Source of the DNA: a virus
Lineage: Duplodnaviria > Heunggongvirae > Uroviricota > Caudoviricetes
Virus record (IMG/VR): IMGVR_UViG_2671181127_000013
Coordinates: 1-37,174 of that record
DNA: 37,174 nt
Strand: one strand, 5' to 3'
The stretch's first letter is position 1; the number at the start of each line of letters is the position of its first letter. Below the pieces are notes generated by a model. The model was not told the DNA's origin. It saw only the letters and a program-made list of their open reading frames with translations, and made no database searches. A program made the translations under genes and the position numbers. Positions 17,980 to 27,043 of the stretch are shown here, piece after piece.

Positions 17980-18702
17980 TCAGTTTGTTTTGCGCGCGGC
18001 TTTTTTCTGGCTGGCAGCGCTTTTCTTTTTTGCGCTGCTCTTTTTCCCGCCGGTGGTGGTTTTCCTGCCCGTTGTGGATGCAGGCACCACCTGATTTCCG
18101 TCTGCCAGTTTCCTGACCGCGCGCTCCAGCGTGGCAATTTCACGCTTCACTCCCGAAGCCGGATTGATCCGCATGGCTTCACGTAACAGGTTCAGCGACA
18201 GATGCAGATCATCGGGAGAGGAGGAGGCGCGGCGGGAAAATGCGCGTGCCTTGTGCAGTTTTGACCTGACCTGGTCCGGCATATCCTGCTCACTGACCTG
18301 GTGGTTCAGCTCATCAAGCATGGCGGTGTACACAGACAAATCCGCCTCGCTGTCCGTTGTGGCCTGCGTCAGAACGGCGTCAGTAATCTCTTCAGCCAGT
18401 ACCGTGGCGGCGTCACGGCAGTCAATGGCCCACACCATCATGGTGGTGATGACCTCATCCTGGCGTCCGCTGTCTCCTGCCAGGGTGCCTTCAATCCACC
18501 CTTCAAAGTCAGGCAACAGATGTTTTTTAAGCTCTGCCCTGGCGACGTTTGACTGAATACCCTTCAGCTGCATCTGTGCCAGCCTTAACTGGTGAAGGAC
18601 CTGTTCATGTGCGGTTCTTTCCCGTTGTGTTTCCCGGGCGTTCATGGTCACCCGGTTGCGGGCCACCGCCTGTTGCACATAGCGTTGTGCCGGTGTCAGC
18701 AT
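17980..18702 (-). CDS. M: Terminase small (endonuclease) subunit M
   Basis: 240 aa between N and L, basic C-terminus; gpM-like. Confidence 0.8.
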   Translation of the reverse strand: MLTPAQRYVQQAVARNRVTMNARETQRERTAHEQVLHQLRLAQMQLKGIQSNVARAELKKHLLPDFEGWIEGTLAGDSGRQDEVITTMMVWAIDCRDAATVLAEEITDAVLTQATTDSEADLSVYTAMLDELNHQVSEQDMPDQVRSKLHKARAFSRRASSSPDDLHLSLNLLREAMRINPASGVKREIATLERAVRKLADGNQVVPASTTGRKTTTGGKKSSAKKKSAASQKKAARKTN

Positions 18703-18742
18703 TTCTCAGCTCCTGTTAACGGGCGCGGCGCGCCCGTCCGGG

Positions 18743-19843
18743 TTATGCTTCGGGTTGCGGCTGTCCGCTTTCGGCGTTGTTGTCCGGATCTTCACCTGCG
18801 AAGGTGATCCCCTCAATCAGCGCGCATTTTCCGTAGTCTTCCACCACGTAGCAGTCATTCATGGACTGGTAAGTCGCGATACGGTTGTATTCCGGCTCCT
18901 CGCGAATGAAACGGCGCAGTGAGCCTTTCTGGAAGTAGATCGACAGGTTTTTCAGCGACGTGATGAGCATGGCGTCTTTCGGGAAGTACGGCGCAAGATA
19001 CGTCTGAAGACCACCGACGGTACGGGACGCCACAATCAGCTGCCCGGCAACAAGCTCAGTGTTCGGGTTGGTGGTGCTGATGGCGTTAATCATGGGAAGA
19101 CGCAGTGTATTGAACAGATCCCGCCCCATCAGTACGACCAGATCCGGTGCGTCCTTATGCCATTCATCCAGCACGGATGAGCGGATGTCGTGCACCATGG
19201 CATCCGGGTTACCATAGTCACCTTTTGCCACCAGTTTGTTTTCATCATCGCGACGGGTCAGGGTCATCCCTTTCACCACGCGGGTGGCTGCCTTGTCGCG
19301 GATGTGTTTCAGCCAGCCCGGGTTGACGTCCTGCAGGAGAGGGTTGGTGGCACGATCGGAAATCAGCGCGTGTGACTCCCCGTTGAAACCAATCATGATT
19401 CGATCCAGGGCTATCTGGCGGGTGATTTGCGCGCTCAGCAGTTGCTGAAAGTTTTTCTGGCTGCTCCATGCGTCAATCTGTGCGTAGCTGATGAAGGTAT
19501 CGTAGTTCACCTGCTCGCAGCGGTAACGGCGTGCATCCAGATCAGCAACTGATGCAGGGTTGCGGCGTTTCACTCCGTCGCTCGTTGCGTTCGTGCTGGC
19601 AATGGTGCCGCTGGTGTCAATCAGGACTTTTTCACCTTCCTGGTCATCCACACCGATAAAATTGATTTCCTGTAACAGTCCGGCGCTTTCCTTGATGGCG
19701 TTCTCCATCTTCTGCTGAATGGATGGATCCACGTTGAAGGTTTTACCCAGGCGCTCTGTTGTGATACCAGCCAGCGATGCCTGCTGAATCATATAGCGTT
19801 CCAGACTGTCACGTCCTTCACGGGAAAGGGATAAACGGGCCAT
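18743..19843 (-). CDS. N: Major capsid protein N
   Basis: Similarity to P2 gpN along its length (PDLVV, DAMLITSLKNLSIY, YVVEDY). Confidence 0.9.
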   Translation of the reverse strand: MARLSLSREGRDSLERYMIQQASLAGITTERLGKTFNVDPSIQQKMENAIKESAGLLQEINFIGVDDQEGEKVLIDTSGTIASTNATSDGVKRRNPASVADLDARRYRCEQVNYDTFISYAQIDAWSSQKNFQQLLSAQITRQIALDRIMIGFNGESHALISDRATNPLLQDVNPGWLKHIRDKAATRVVKGMTLTRRDDENKLVAKGDYGNPDAMVHDIRSSVLDEWHKDAPDLVVLMGRDLFNTLRLPMINAISTTNPNTELVAGQLIVASRTVGGLQTYLAPYFPKDAMLITSLKNLSIYFQKGSLRRFIREEPEYNRIATYQSMNDCYVVEDYGKCALIEGITFAGEDPDNNAESGQPQPEA

Positions 19844-19860
19844 AAATTACTCTTCTCCTG

Positions 19861-20697
19861 TCAGAATTCAGCCAGTGTCTGGTCAGTGCCGCCAGCGGAA
19901 GTAAAACGCTGCTGTGGATCGGCATCCTGGTTTCTCAGTTGCGCTTTCAGTGCTGCAAGCTCGTGACTGAGCTCATCCAGCGCCGTTTTGTCGAGGGCAT
20001 GTTTCTGCTCCAGAGTGCTGAAACGGTCGATAAGATCTGCATGATCGGATGCGATGTTTTCCACAACGTCGCGCAGCTGGCTGAACTGCTCGCCATCCGC
20101 TGTGCGTGTTTTGCTGATGAGTGCCATGACGCGGCTGAACCACTGACGGCTCTCTTCCGTTCGCTGTTCTGTGGTGGTAAGCATCTCTGCTTCCATGGCG
20201 ACGGTGAACATGGGGGGTTCTGTTGTGCACTTACTGAACTGCATGATGCTGGCGCGTTGCTGTGCGGCAAACTCCAGGCGTTCAGTGCCCAGACTTGCTG
20301 GCGTGTCGGTCATTGCCAGACCCACAATGTAAGGCCCCTTGACGGCGTCCAGCTCAGGCAACATCTCAATGCTCGAATACACTTTTTTCCCGTCAGCAAT
20401 CATGTTTTTCATGCGGTCGGTGGGTTCAATTTCGGCATATAACGCTGTACGCCCTGCCAGTTTCCCTTCGGTGATTTCATCAGTTGACAGAGCGATCAGA
20501 TCACCCACTGCGCAGAGTTCACTGGATGGCCATATCGAAAGGACGTGCTCAATGTTCACCCGGGAGGCGTAAACGGACGGGTCATAGTTTTCTGCGGCCT
20601 GACGCAGCATTTCACCAGAAATTTCACGTCCGTCGATGGTTGAACCGGAAACGGCAACGCGAAATTTTTTGCGCTCTGGCGTGTTTTTGCTTCCCAT
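19861..20697 (-). CDS. O: Capsid scaffolding protein O
   Basis: KKFRVAVSGSTIDGREISGEML...YDPSVYASRVNIEH resembles the gpO N-terminus; start at ATG 20697 with GGAGA SD. Confidence 0.85.
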   Translation of the reverse strand: MGSKNTPERKKFRVAVSGSTIDGREISGEMLRQAAENYDPSVYASRVNIEHVLSIWPSSELCAVGDLIALSTDEITEGKLAGRTALYAEIEPTDRMKNMIADGKKVYSSIEMLPELDAVKGPYIVGLAMTDTPASLGTERLEFAAQQRASIMQFSKCTTEPPMFTVAMEAEMLTTTEQRTEESRQWFSRVMALISKTRTADGEQFSQLRDVVENIASDHADLIDRFSTLEQKHALDKTALDELSHELAALKAQLRNQDADPQQRFTSAGGTDQTLAEF

Positions 20698-20852
20698 GGA
20701 AATTCTCCATAACCTGGTCGTTTTTCCCATGATGGCGGCAGATAACGGTGTGTCTCAAGGTGCTTAAGTTGTATGGCGACGGGGACAACGCGGGCTGGTA
20801 TCAGGCGGTATTGCTGAGGCTTAATCTTGCCCTGTTAATGTCAGGGGGTGCA

Positions 20853-22586
20853 ATGATCCAGGATGTCTTTATTCGTATGCGGGCGAAACAGCTTTACTGG
20901 CAGGGGTATACCCCGGCGGATATCGCTCAGCTGATGGGAATAAACCAGAACACGATTTATTCGTGGAAAAAACGCGATGAGTGGGATGCCACTCCCCCGA
21001 TCCAGCGGGTCACCCAGTCCATTGATGCACGCCTGATACAGCTCACCGCCAAACCGGATAAAAGCGGCGGTGACTTTAAGGAAATTGACCTGCTGACGCG
21101 CCAGCTGAAAAAACTGAATGACGGTCAGGGAGAACAGGCTGTTTCCGGTAAGAAGCCCCGCAGGCGCAAACTGAAAAATCACTTCACCGAAGAGCAGATT
21201 GTCGCACTCAGGGAAAAAATCCTGCCGTCACTGGCCTGGCATCAGCGCGAATGGTACGACAACCGCCATCACCGCAACCGCATGATCCTGAAGTCGCGTC
21301 AGATTGGTGCGACCTGGTATTTTGCGCGCGAAGCACTCCTTGATGCACTGCGTGATGATGTCTCCGCCGGGTACCAGCGCAACCAGATATTTTTGTCCGC
21401 ATCCCGTCGCCAGGCGTATCAGTTCAAACACTTTATTCAGCAGGCGGCGCTGGAAGTTGATGTCGAACTGAAAGGGGGTGACAAGATTGTTTTGTCTAAC
21501 GGTGCAGAGCTTCACTTCCTTGGCACATCGGCAGCAACCGCTCAGTCGTATACCGGACACCTTAAATTTGATGAATTTTTCTGGGTCAGTAATTTTGTGC
21601 AGTTGCGAAAGGTGGCTGGCGCAATGGCGACCCTGAAAGGGCTTACCCGTACCTACTTTTCAACGCCATCGGGTGAAACGCATGAAGCTTATCAGTTCTG
21701 GACGGGGGATCGCTGGAACAGTGAGCGTCCCCGCTCAAAACGCACTGAATTCGATGTGTCTCATTCGAACCTGAAAGGGGGCGTGCTCTTCCCGGATAAA
21801 ACATGGCGGCAGATTGTCACCATTGAGGATGCAGTCGCGAACGGGTGGGAATATACGAGCATTGACGATATCCGGGATGAAAACACCGAAAGCGAATTTC
21901 GTAACCTGTACATGTGCGAGTTCGTGCGTGATGGTGAGGCGGCGTTCAGTCTGAATGCGCTGATCGGCTGTGGTGTGGATGGATACGACGAATGGCCTGA
22001 CTGGAAACCTTTTGCTGCGCGTCCGATGGGCGTGCGGGAAGTCTGGCTCGGGTACGACGCCAACGGCAGCAGCGGGAAGGGGGACTGCGGGGCGCTGTCG
22101 GTCTGCGTACCTCCACGGGTTACAGGCGGTCGTTTTCGTACCGTGGAGACGGTCAGGGTGCAGGGTATGGAGTTTGAACAGCAGGCGGCCCTGATTGAGG
22201 AATACACCCAAAAATATAACGTGAAACATATCGGCATTGATGTGACCGGCGGGAACGGGGAGGGGGTTTATCAGATTGTGAAAAAGTTTTTCCCGATGGC
22301 CGTACCGTACAACTTCAATATCGCCTCCAAGCGGGCACTGGTCATGAAAATGCTTCAGGTGGTGCGTGCCGGACGCTGGGAGTATGACCGCAGTGAACGT
22401 GACCTGATCCAGGCATTCGCATCGGTGCGAAAAATACAGACACCCGGCGGCTATATCACCTACGACACCGACCGCTCCCGTGGCGTCAGCCATGGTGACC
22501 TCGCCTGGGCAACCATGCTTGCTGTTATCAATGAGCCAATTGGTGCGGAGCGTGAGGATAATCGCGGCTTTGCAATGGAGTTCTGA
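20853..22586 (+). CDS. P: Terminase large (ATPase) subunit P
   Basis: About 577 aa, divergent from O as in P2; start at ATG 20853 with AGGGGG SD. Confidence 0.85.
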   Translation: MIQDVFIRMRAKQLYWQGYTPADIAQLMGINQNTIYSWKKRDEWDATPPIQRVTQSIDARLIQLTAKPDKSGGDFKEIDLLTRQLKKLNDGQGEQAVSGKKPRRRKLKNHFTEEQIVALREKILPSLAWHQREWYDNRHHRNRMILKSRQIGATWYFAREALLDALRDDVSAGYQRNQIFLSASRRQAYQFKHFIQQAALEVDVELKGGDKIVLSNGAELHFLGTSAATAQSYTGHLKFDEFFWVSNFVQLRKVAGAMATLKGLTRTYFSTPSGETHEAYQFWTGDRWNSERPRSKRTEFDVSHSNLKGGVLFPDKTWRQIVTIEDAVANGWEYTSIDDIRDENTESEFRNLYMCEFVRDGEAAFSLNALIGCGVDGYDEWPDWKPFAARPMGVREVWLGYDANGSSGKGDCGALSVCVPPRVTGGRFRTVETVRVQGMEFEQQAALIEEYTQKYNVKHIGIDVTGGNGEGVYQIVKKFFPMAVPYNFNIASKRALVMKMLQVVRAGRWEYDRSERDLIQAFASVRKIQTPGGYITYDTDRSRGVSHGDLAWATMLAVINEPIGAEREDNRGFAMEF

Positions 22587-22591
22587 ACACA

Positions 22592-23635
22592 ATGAGTAAA
22601 CGCAAAAAATACACCGGAAAGCGGGGGCAGGATTCGCTACACGATGCACTGAAATCAACGCCTGCACTCAGCGCATTCACCTTTGATGGGCCCTATGAAG
22701 TCAGCCGCATGGATCTCCTGGATAACATGTCATGTGCAGATAACGGGCGCTACTTTGATACCCCCATGGACTGGAACGCTATCGCCCGTGCATCCCGTCG
22801 TGCGTCCTGGCATCAGTCGGCTTTGTACTTCAAGCGCAACGCCCTGAACGGGTGCTTTGTTCCTCACCCTCTGCTGTCCCGCCAGGCGTTTTCAGCGTTT
22901 GCGCTCGACTGGTTTGTGTTTGGTAATGCCTATCTTGAAGTGCGGCGTAACAGGCTGGGGGAACCACTCCTGCTTCGCCCGGCACTGGCAAAATATACAC
23001 GCAGGGGAAGTGACCTGGATACCTACTGGTATCTCAACGACGACGGTACGGAGTTCAGTTTCAGGAAAGGGACTGTGTGCCACGTGCTTAATCCTGATAT
23101 TAATCAGGAGATCTACGGGATGCCGGAATATATCGGCGGGTTGCTGTCTGTCAGCCTGTCAAACTCAGCGGATACATTCCGCAAACTCTACTACGATAAC
23201 GGCTCGCATGCCGGGTGTATTATCTATGTAGGCACATCTCAGGCGAATGCGGAAAGTGTCGAGGCCATTAAAAAAACGCTTACGGATTCCCGTGGTCGCG
23301 GGGCGTTTAAAAACCTGTTTCTACATGCACCGGGTGGTGGCAAGGATGGTGTGCAAATACTGCCGTTCCAGCAGATAACCGCAAAGGATGAATTCCTGAA
23401 CATCAAGGGGAGCGCCCGCGACGATATCCTTGCTGCCCATCGTGTACCACCTCAACTGATGGGGGCAATGCCTGACGGGAATGCGGCGTTTGGTGACGTT
23501 GAAAAAGCGGCGAGAGTGTTTTTCATCAACGAGTTGCAACCTGTCATGGAGGCCATGAAGCATGTCAATGAATGGCTTGGCGTTGAGGTGATGCGCTTTA
23601 ACCCCTATGCCCTGCTTCTGGATAACGCCAGCTGA
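22592..23635 (+). CDS. Q: Portal (capsid vertex) protein Q
   Basis: 347 aa following P; gpQ-like size and position next to cos. Confidence 0.85.
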   Translation: MSKRKKYTGKRGQDSLHDALKSTPALSAFTFDGPYEVSRMDLLDNMSCADNGRYFDTPMDWNAIARASRRASWHQSALYFKRNALNGCFVPHPLLSRQAFSAFALDWFVFGNAYLEVRRNRLGEPLLLRPALAKYTRRGSDLDTYWYLNDDGTEFSFRKGTVCHVLNPDINQEIYGMPEYIGGLLSVSLSNSADTFRKLYYDNGSHAGCIIYVGTSQANAESVEAIKKTLTDSRGRGAFKNLFLHAPGGGKDGVQILPFQQITAKDEFLNIKGSARDDILAAHRVPPQLMGAMPDGNAAFGDVEKAARVFFINELQPVMEAMKHVNEWLGVEVMRFNPYALLLDNAS

Positions 23636-23663
23636 CGCGCTTCGCTTGTCTGCTGCTTCGCCG

Positions 23664-23685
23664 GGGCATAAAAAATTTATGCCCC
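23664..23685. terminator. Palindromic hairpin between convergent Q and the 167-aa gene, in the expected cos region
   Basis: GGGGCAT-AAAAATTT-ATGCCCC inverted repeat; no clean U-run, so terminator function is uncertain. Confidence 0.35.
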
Positions 23686-23700
23686 GACTCTCCAGCTCTC

Positions 23701-24204
23701 TTAACGGAATGCGGATGGCGTTCTTCTTTGCAGCTTGCTGATAATATGCATCTTCATACTGTTTACTATCGGCAGCCATTCCCTGTCACCGTCTCCGTTG
23801 ATGACCACGCGAATGGAGGTATCATCTTCCACGCGAACCCGAAGAGATACACCGTCTTTTCCGACGGAATGTAACTCCATTGCCAGGACTATGTTTACCG
23901 ACTCTCCTTCATCGTGTGAGTCAACCCATGTTCTTACAGCCATCCGGAATATGTTATCTGTGTCGGTTGCAATCATATTTACCGGAAATGGCCTGAAGTC
24001 CCGATCGTTTCTGCACGGAAACCCCGTATCAACGTAACGATGATGCTCGCCGTCTTTGTCTTCCCATGTCTCTGAAGGCAATTCCAGCCACTGCTCATAA
24101 AAAGCAACCAGCTTTTCAGCCTGATTGCGCAGAATCCCTGTAACCTCCCGCCTCGCGTCCCGGCTCTTTTTGTTTGCCAGGTACAAATCGCGAAAATGGC
24201 TCAT
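23701..24204 (-). CDS. Hypothetical protein (167 aa), cos-proximal accessory gene
   Basis: Clean ORF with no family I recognise; sits where P2 carries old. Confidence 0.5.
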   Translation of the reverse strand: MSHFRDLYLANKKSRDARREVTGILRNQAEKLVAFYEQWLELPSETWEDKDGEHHRYVDTGFPCRNDRDFRPFPVNMIATDTDNIFRMAVRTWVDSHDEGESVNIVLAMELHSVGKDGVSLRVRVEDDTSIRVVINGDGDREWLPIVNSMKMHIISKLQRRTPSAFR

Positions 24205-24704
24205 GTCGCTCTCCTTTGGTCTGTTTATGCCAGCCTGTATTCTGCGCTCACCTCATATTGTGCGCAAGTTTTCACCCGTGAATGACTGATACTTTAAATT
24301 CTATTAACTTTATGATTTCAGTGATTTTTGTCTCTCTTTTTTATCCCGTTCGTCACGTCCGTTTCCCTCCCGATCTCCGACCTCGCCAGACGCAATCAGA
24401 CGCATTCTGACGGCCTGTTTCCCTGACCATGTTTTGATGTGGTTTTTCAAAACTGACTTTACTGCGTGCGTATCACGCGCCATACGACCCCAAATAAAGC
24501 AACCCGCCTTCCATCCCTCAATTCGGGCGCCCTTCCCTCGTCGCCTGCGCGCAGCGATCGCCTCGTTTTTCGTGCACCGTGCAAAGTGGCTTCAGCCAGC
24601 GCCGTTACTGGGCTGAAAGGGTAAAAAACACATAAGAAAAATTGTGCAATTTCGTGCACTTTTGTGCGGTTTTCCAGGTGGTGTTTATGCGGGAATCGCA
24701 GGCT

Positions 24705-24734
24705 AAAAAAAGCATGAGCGGGGATTGCCCCCGC
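24705..24734 (-). terminator. Rho-independent terminator of the two-gene module
   Basis: Minus-strand GCGGGG-loop-CCCCGC hairpin just after the stop at 24740, followed by a T7 run. Confidence 0.5.
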
Positions 24735-24739
24735 GATAT

Positions 24740-25117
24740 TCATGCCGCCCGATGAGCTTCACCTACTGACGGGTCTATTATGATTTCAAAATCCGTGAAC
24801 AACGCTTTCGGCTGTACGCAGTTACCTTGTTTTTCCAGGCTGACAAAGCCGTATCGACTCAGCATTTTTAACGTTGCTGACAAATTACTTAACTGCCTTC
24901 CTGAAAGACTGGCAAGTTCTGTCATTGTCTGCGGTTTTTCCGCATCCATGATACGCAGAAGCGCGATATTTTCGTTGCTCAGCGCCTGACCCAGAGCGTT
25001 CAGAGATGAAAACCAGACTCGCGGTTCGTCAGGTTCTGGTTTTAGTTTCCCTTTGGCTATATCCAGCATTCTCTGGCGAAGGACTTTCTCCGGGATAATG
25101 CCGATACGGGCTTTCAT
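24740..25117 (-). CDS. Winged-HTH DNA-binding protein (125 aa), second gene of two-gene module
   Basis: TMTELASLSGRQLSNLSATLKMLSRYGFVSL is a typical wHTH recognition segment; start overlaps upstream stop (ATGA). Confidence 0.6.
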   Translation of the reverse strand: MKARIGIIPEKVLRQRMLDIAKGKLKPEPDEPRVWFSSLNALGQALSNENIALLRIMDAEKPQTMTELASLSGRQLSNLSATLKMLSRYGFVSLEKQGNCVQPKALFTDFEIIIDPSVGEAHRAA

Positions 25118-25488
25118 TTCTTCCCCCTTTGCTGTTCAGCAATCACTCTGTCTACATGGTTAAAGAAATCCAGTAAAAGCTGTTCCGCAGAAGTGAATTC
25201 ATATGGATAGCCTTTATCGGACGATGTTCTGTGAATATGGTCATAAACGGTAATGCGCCCGGTAAATTTCCCTTTCTTTGGTGGCTTTATTCCGTGAGCG
25301 TTATCCATTCCAAAAACCCGGGAGTTATAAGGATCGTGCAATGTCAGGTTGTAGCGTATTCCATGTGGTCTGAACTGGCTTGGGCTAACCCTGTATGCTT
25401 CAATCTTCCACCAGTAACCATTATCCATGTGGTGCTGGTATCCATGCATATCCAGAAGGGTGTTCAGCCCATGATCATTGTTTTTCAT
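25114..25488 (-). CDS. Hypothetical His/Tyr/Trp-rich protein (124 aa), first gene of two-gene module
   Basis: Clean ORF translationally coupled to the wHTH gene; preceded by an AT-rich intergenic region; family not recognised. Confidence 0.55.
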   Translation of the reverse strand: MKNNDHGLNTLLDMHGYQHHMDNGYWWKIEAYRVSPSQFRPHGIRYNLTLHDPYNSRVFGMDNAHGIKPPKKGKFTGRITVYDHIHRTSSDKGYPYEFTSAEQLLLDFFNHVDRVIAEQQRGKK

Positions 25489-25671
25489 AACTGATTCGTA
25501 TCACCTTACTTATGACCAAATCATAACATCGTTTTTTTCTTTATCAAGGTGGGTTATTGTGCTGTTCTTGTGGTTATCGACGTTAACTTATGTACATATT
25601 TGAATTCGTAGTGGTTAATATGAAAAAAGTGTCTGACGAATTTGACGGCTTCTGAATACGTAAAACTGTGT

Positions 25672-25703
25672 CAGGCGGAGTATGTTTCTCCGCCTTTTTG
25701 TTT
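25672..25703. terminator. Hairpin plus T-run between the SSB-like gene and the two-gene module
   Basis: GGCGGAG-TATGTTT-CTCCGCC followed by TTTTTGTTT on the plus strand; orientation ambiguous. Confidence 0.4.
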
Positions 25704-25742
25704 GTGCCAGCCCGGCGTCTCACATCATTACTCACATATTGA

Positions 25743-26060
25743 TCATATTGCGGTTCTTGAGCTGATAATGCTTTGTGCCAGCAACTGCCAGCCTTCTTTC
25801 ATCTGTCCGTATTTGTCCTGATATCTGTTTACCTGCAAGTTCCCGTGCACCTGTACCAGGTCGCCTTTTTTGTGTTTTGCCAGTTCTTCGTGCTGCTTCC
25901 CGAATGCGATAAGGTAAAGCCACATTGTGGTTGACTGTTCTGCGCCATGGCCGGGCAGTGATATCGCCAGTCGTGCAGCTGTTACATCGGTGCCTCTGGA
26001 TGATTTTCTTGTCGTCGGGTCTTCCGCCAGTCGTCCCCGTGTTGCAATCTGCGTTGTCAT
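25743..26060 (-). CDS. SSB-like OB-fold protein (105 aa)
   Basis: Pattern L..DP..R......V...RLA.S.........W....AFGK.AE....KKGD.V.V.G.L....Y.DK.G parallels E. coli SSB OB-fold core; start at ATG 26060 with GGAGA SD. Confidence 0.5.
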   Translation of the reverse strand: MTTQIATRGRLAEDPTTRKSSRGTDVTAARLAISLPGHGAEQSTTMWLYLIAFGKQHEELAKHKKGDLVQVHGNLQVNRYQDKYGQMKEGWQLLAQSIISSRTAI

Positions 26061-26083
26061 ATTTGTCTCCGTTGGTGGTTTAG

Positions 26084-26431
26084 TTATTGGACTGATATGA
26101 CTGGCAGATCTCCGCCAGCGCCGTAGATAAACAGAATTCGCTTCATGACTTCGCTGCGCTTGCAGACTTCGATGACTGATTTTTCCTGTTGCCATTCAGC
26201 CCGTTGCGCCAGCTCCAGTCGTTCCTCTTCCGTTGGCTTCCGGTAATGCGTTATCTTGTCCGTGTACCCGTCCACAACCAGCAGGCCTTCCCGTACCATT
26301 TTTCCGGCGGCCTGATTGATGACGGTTCTTTTCACGCCCAGTTTTTCTACCAGTTCCGGTGCGCTGAAGCGTGCGTGCGTTTCCAGGTAGCGTAAAATGA
26401 TTTCCTTTCCGGTCATTCCTGGGGTCTTCAT
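26084..26431 (-). CDS. Putative winged-helix DNA-binding protein (115 aa)
   Basis: Start at ATG 26431 with AAGGAG SD; EIILRYLETHARFSAPELVEKLGVKRTVINQAAGKMVREGLL resembles a wHTH. Confidence 0.45.
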   Translation of the reverse strand: MKTPGMTGKEIILRYLETHARFSAPELVEKLGVKRTVINQAAGKMVREGLLVVDGYTDKITHYRKPTEEERLELAQRAEWQQEKSVIEVCKRSEVMKRILFIYGAGGDLPVISVQ

Positions 26432-26679
26432 TTGGTGGCTCCTTCGTTGTTCCGGCGCTCCCGGAGTTCGGTCAGTGCTGCCAGTAAATTTTCCCACCAT
26501 GTTTCTTCCACGACCGGATTTTGGCGTGAAAGCAGCTGTTGCGCCGACTCAATCATGCTGTTCAGGTCCCTGTCGCTGATCGCCCTGGTGCTGTTAATGG
26601 TGTGTTGCTGTCTGGTGCTCATGATGTCTGTGGTTCTCCTGTTACTTGCGGTGCTGCTTTCTGGCGGCTGAATGTACAT
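26428..26679 (-). CDS. Hypothetical protein (start uncertain; alternative ATG at 26622)
   Basis: ORF with ATGA overlap to the downstream gene. Confidence 0.35.
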   Translation of the reverse strand: MYIQPPESSTASNRRTTDIMSTRQQHTINSTRAISDRDLNSMIESAQQLLSRQNPVVEETWWENLLAALTELRERRNNEGATK

Positions 26680-27043
26680 AACTTGCTATGGCCGCCTTGC
26701 GGTTAATGCGCTTCATCGCCCTGGCTAAATCTTCGTTGTGTTTCCTGATATCCTTTTCGTGATATGCCTTCATGATCCTCCCGGCTGGCGTCAGTGGTTC
26801 TGGTGCTCCCGTGTTCCTCAGTCTCAGGGCTGCGATAAAGTCGCCGCTGTCTCCCCATGGTCTGGCGTTCAGGATGTCGGCAGTCATACTTTCGGTACTC
26901 CTGTCTGGACGGGCTATGGTGATTTCCAGCTGGTCACCTGGCTGCGGTCTTCTTATCAGTCCTCTCAGCGTCAGCGCCGGTAATCTCTTGGTCATGACGA
27001 CGCTGAACTCTCGTTGCTGAAGCGTGCAGTTGAATCGCGTCAT
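26642..27043 (-). CDS. Hypothetical protein (133 aa) downstream of A
   Basis: ORF overlapping the end of gene A by 4 nt. Confidence 0.4.
   Translation of the reverse strand: MTRFNCTLQQREFSVVMTKRLPALTLRGLIRRPQPGDQLEITIARPDRSTESMTADILNARPWGDSGDFIAALRLRNTGAPEPLTPAGRIMKAYHEKDIRKHNEDLARAMKRINRKAAIASYVHSAARKQHRK

Noticed and set aside
21208-22667. Minus-strand ORFs of 64-310 aa inside terminase gene P
   Set aside because: Antisense to a strongly supported conserved gene; no independent signals.
24205-24740. Retron-like or CRISPR-like non-coding element in the long spacer
   Set aside because: No reverse transcriptase gene and no regularly spaced direct repeats; only scattered short motifs.
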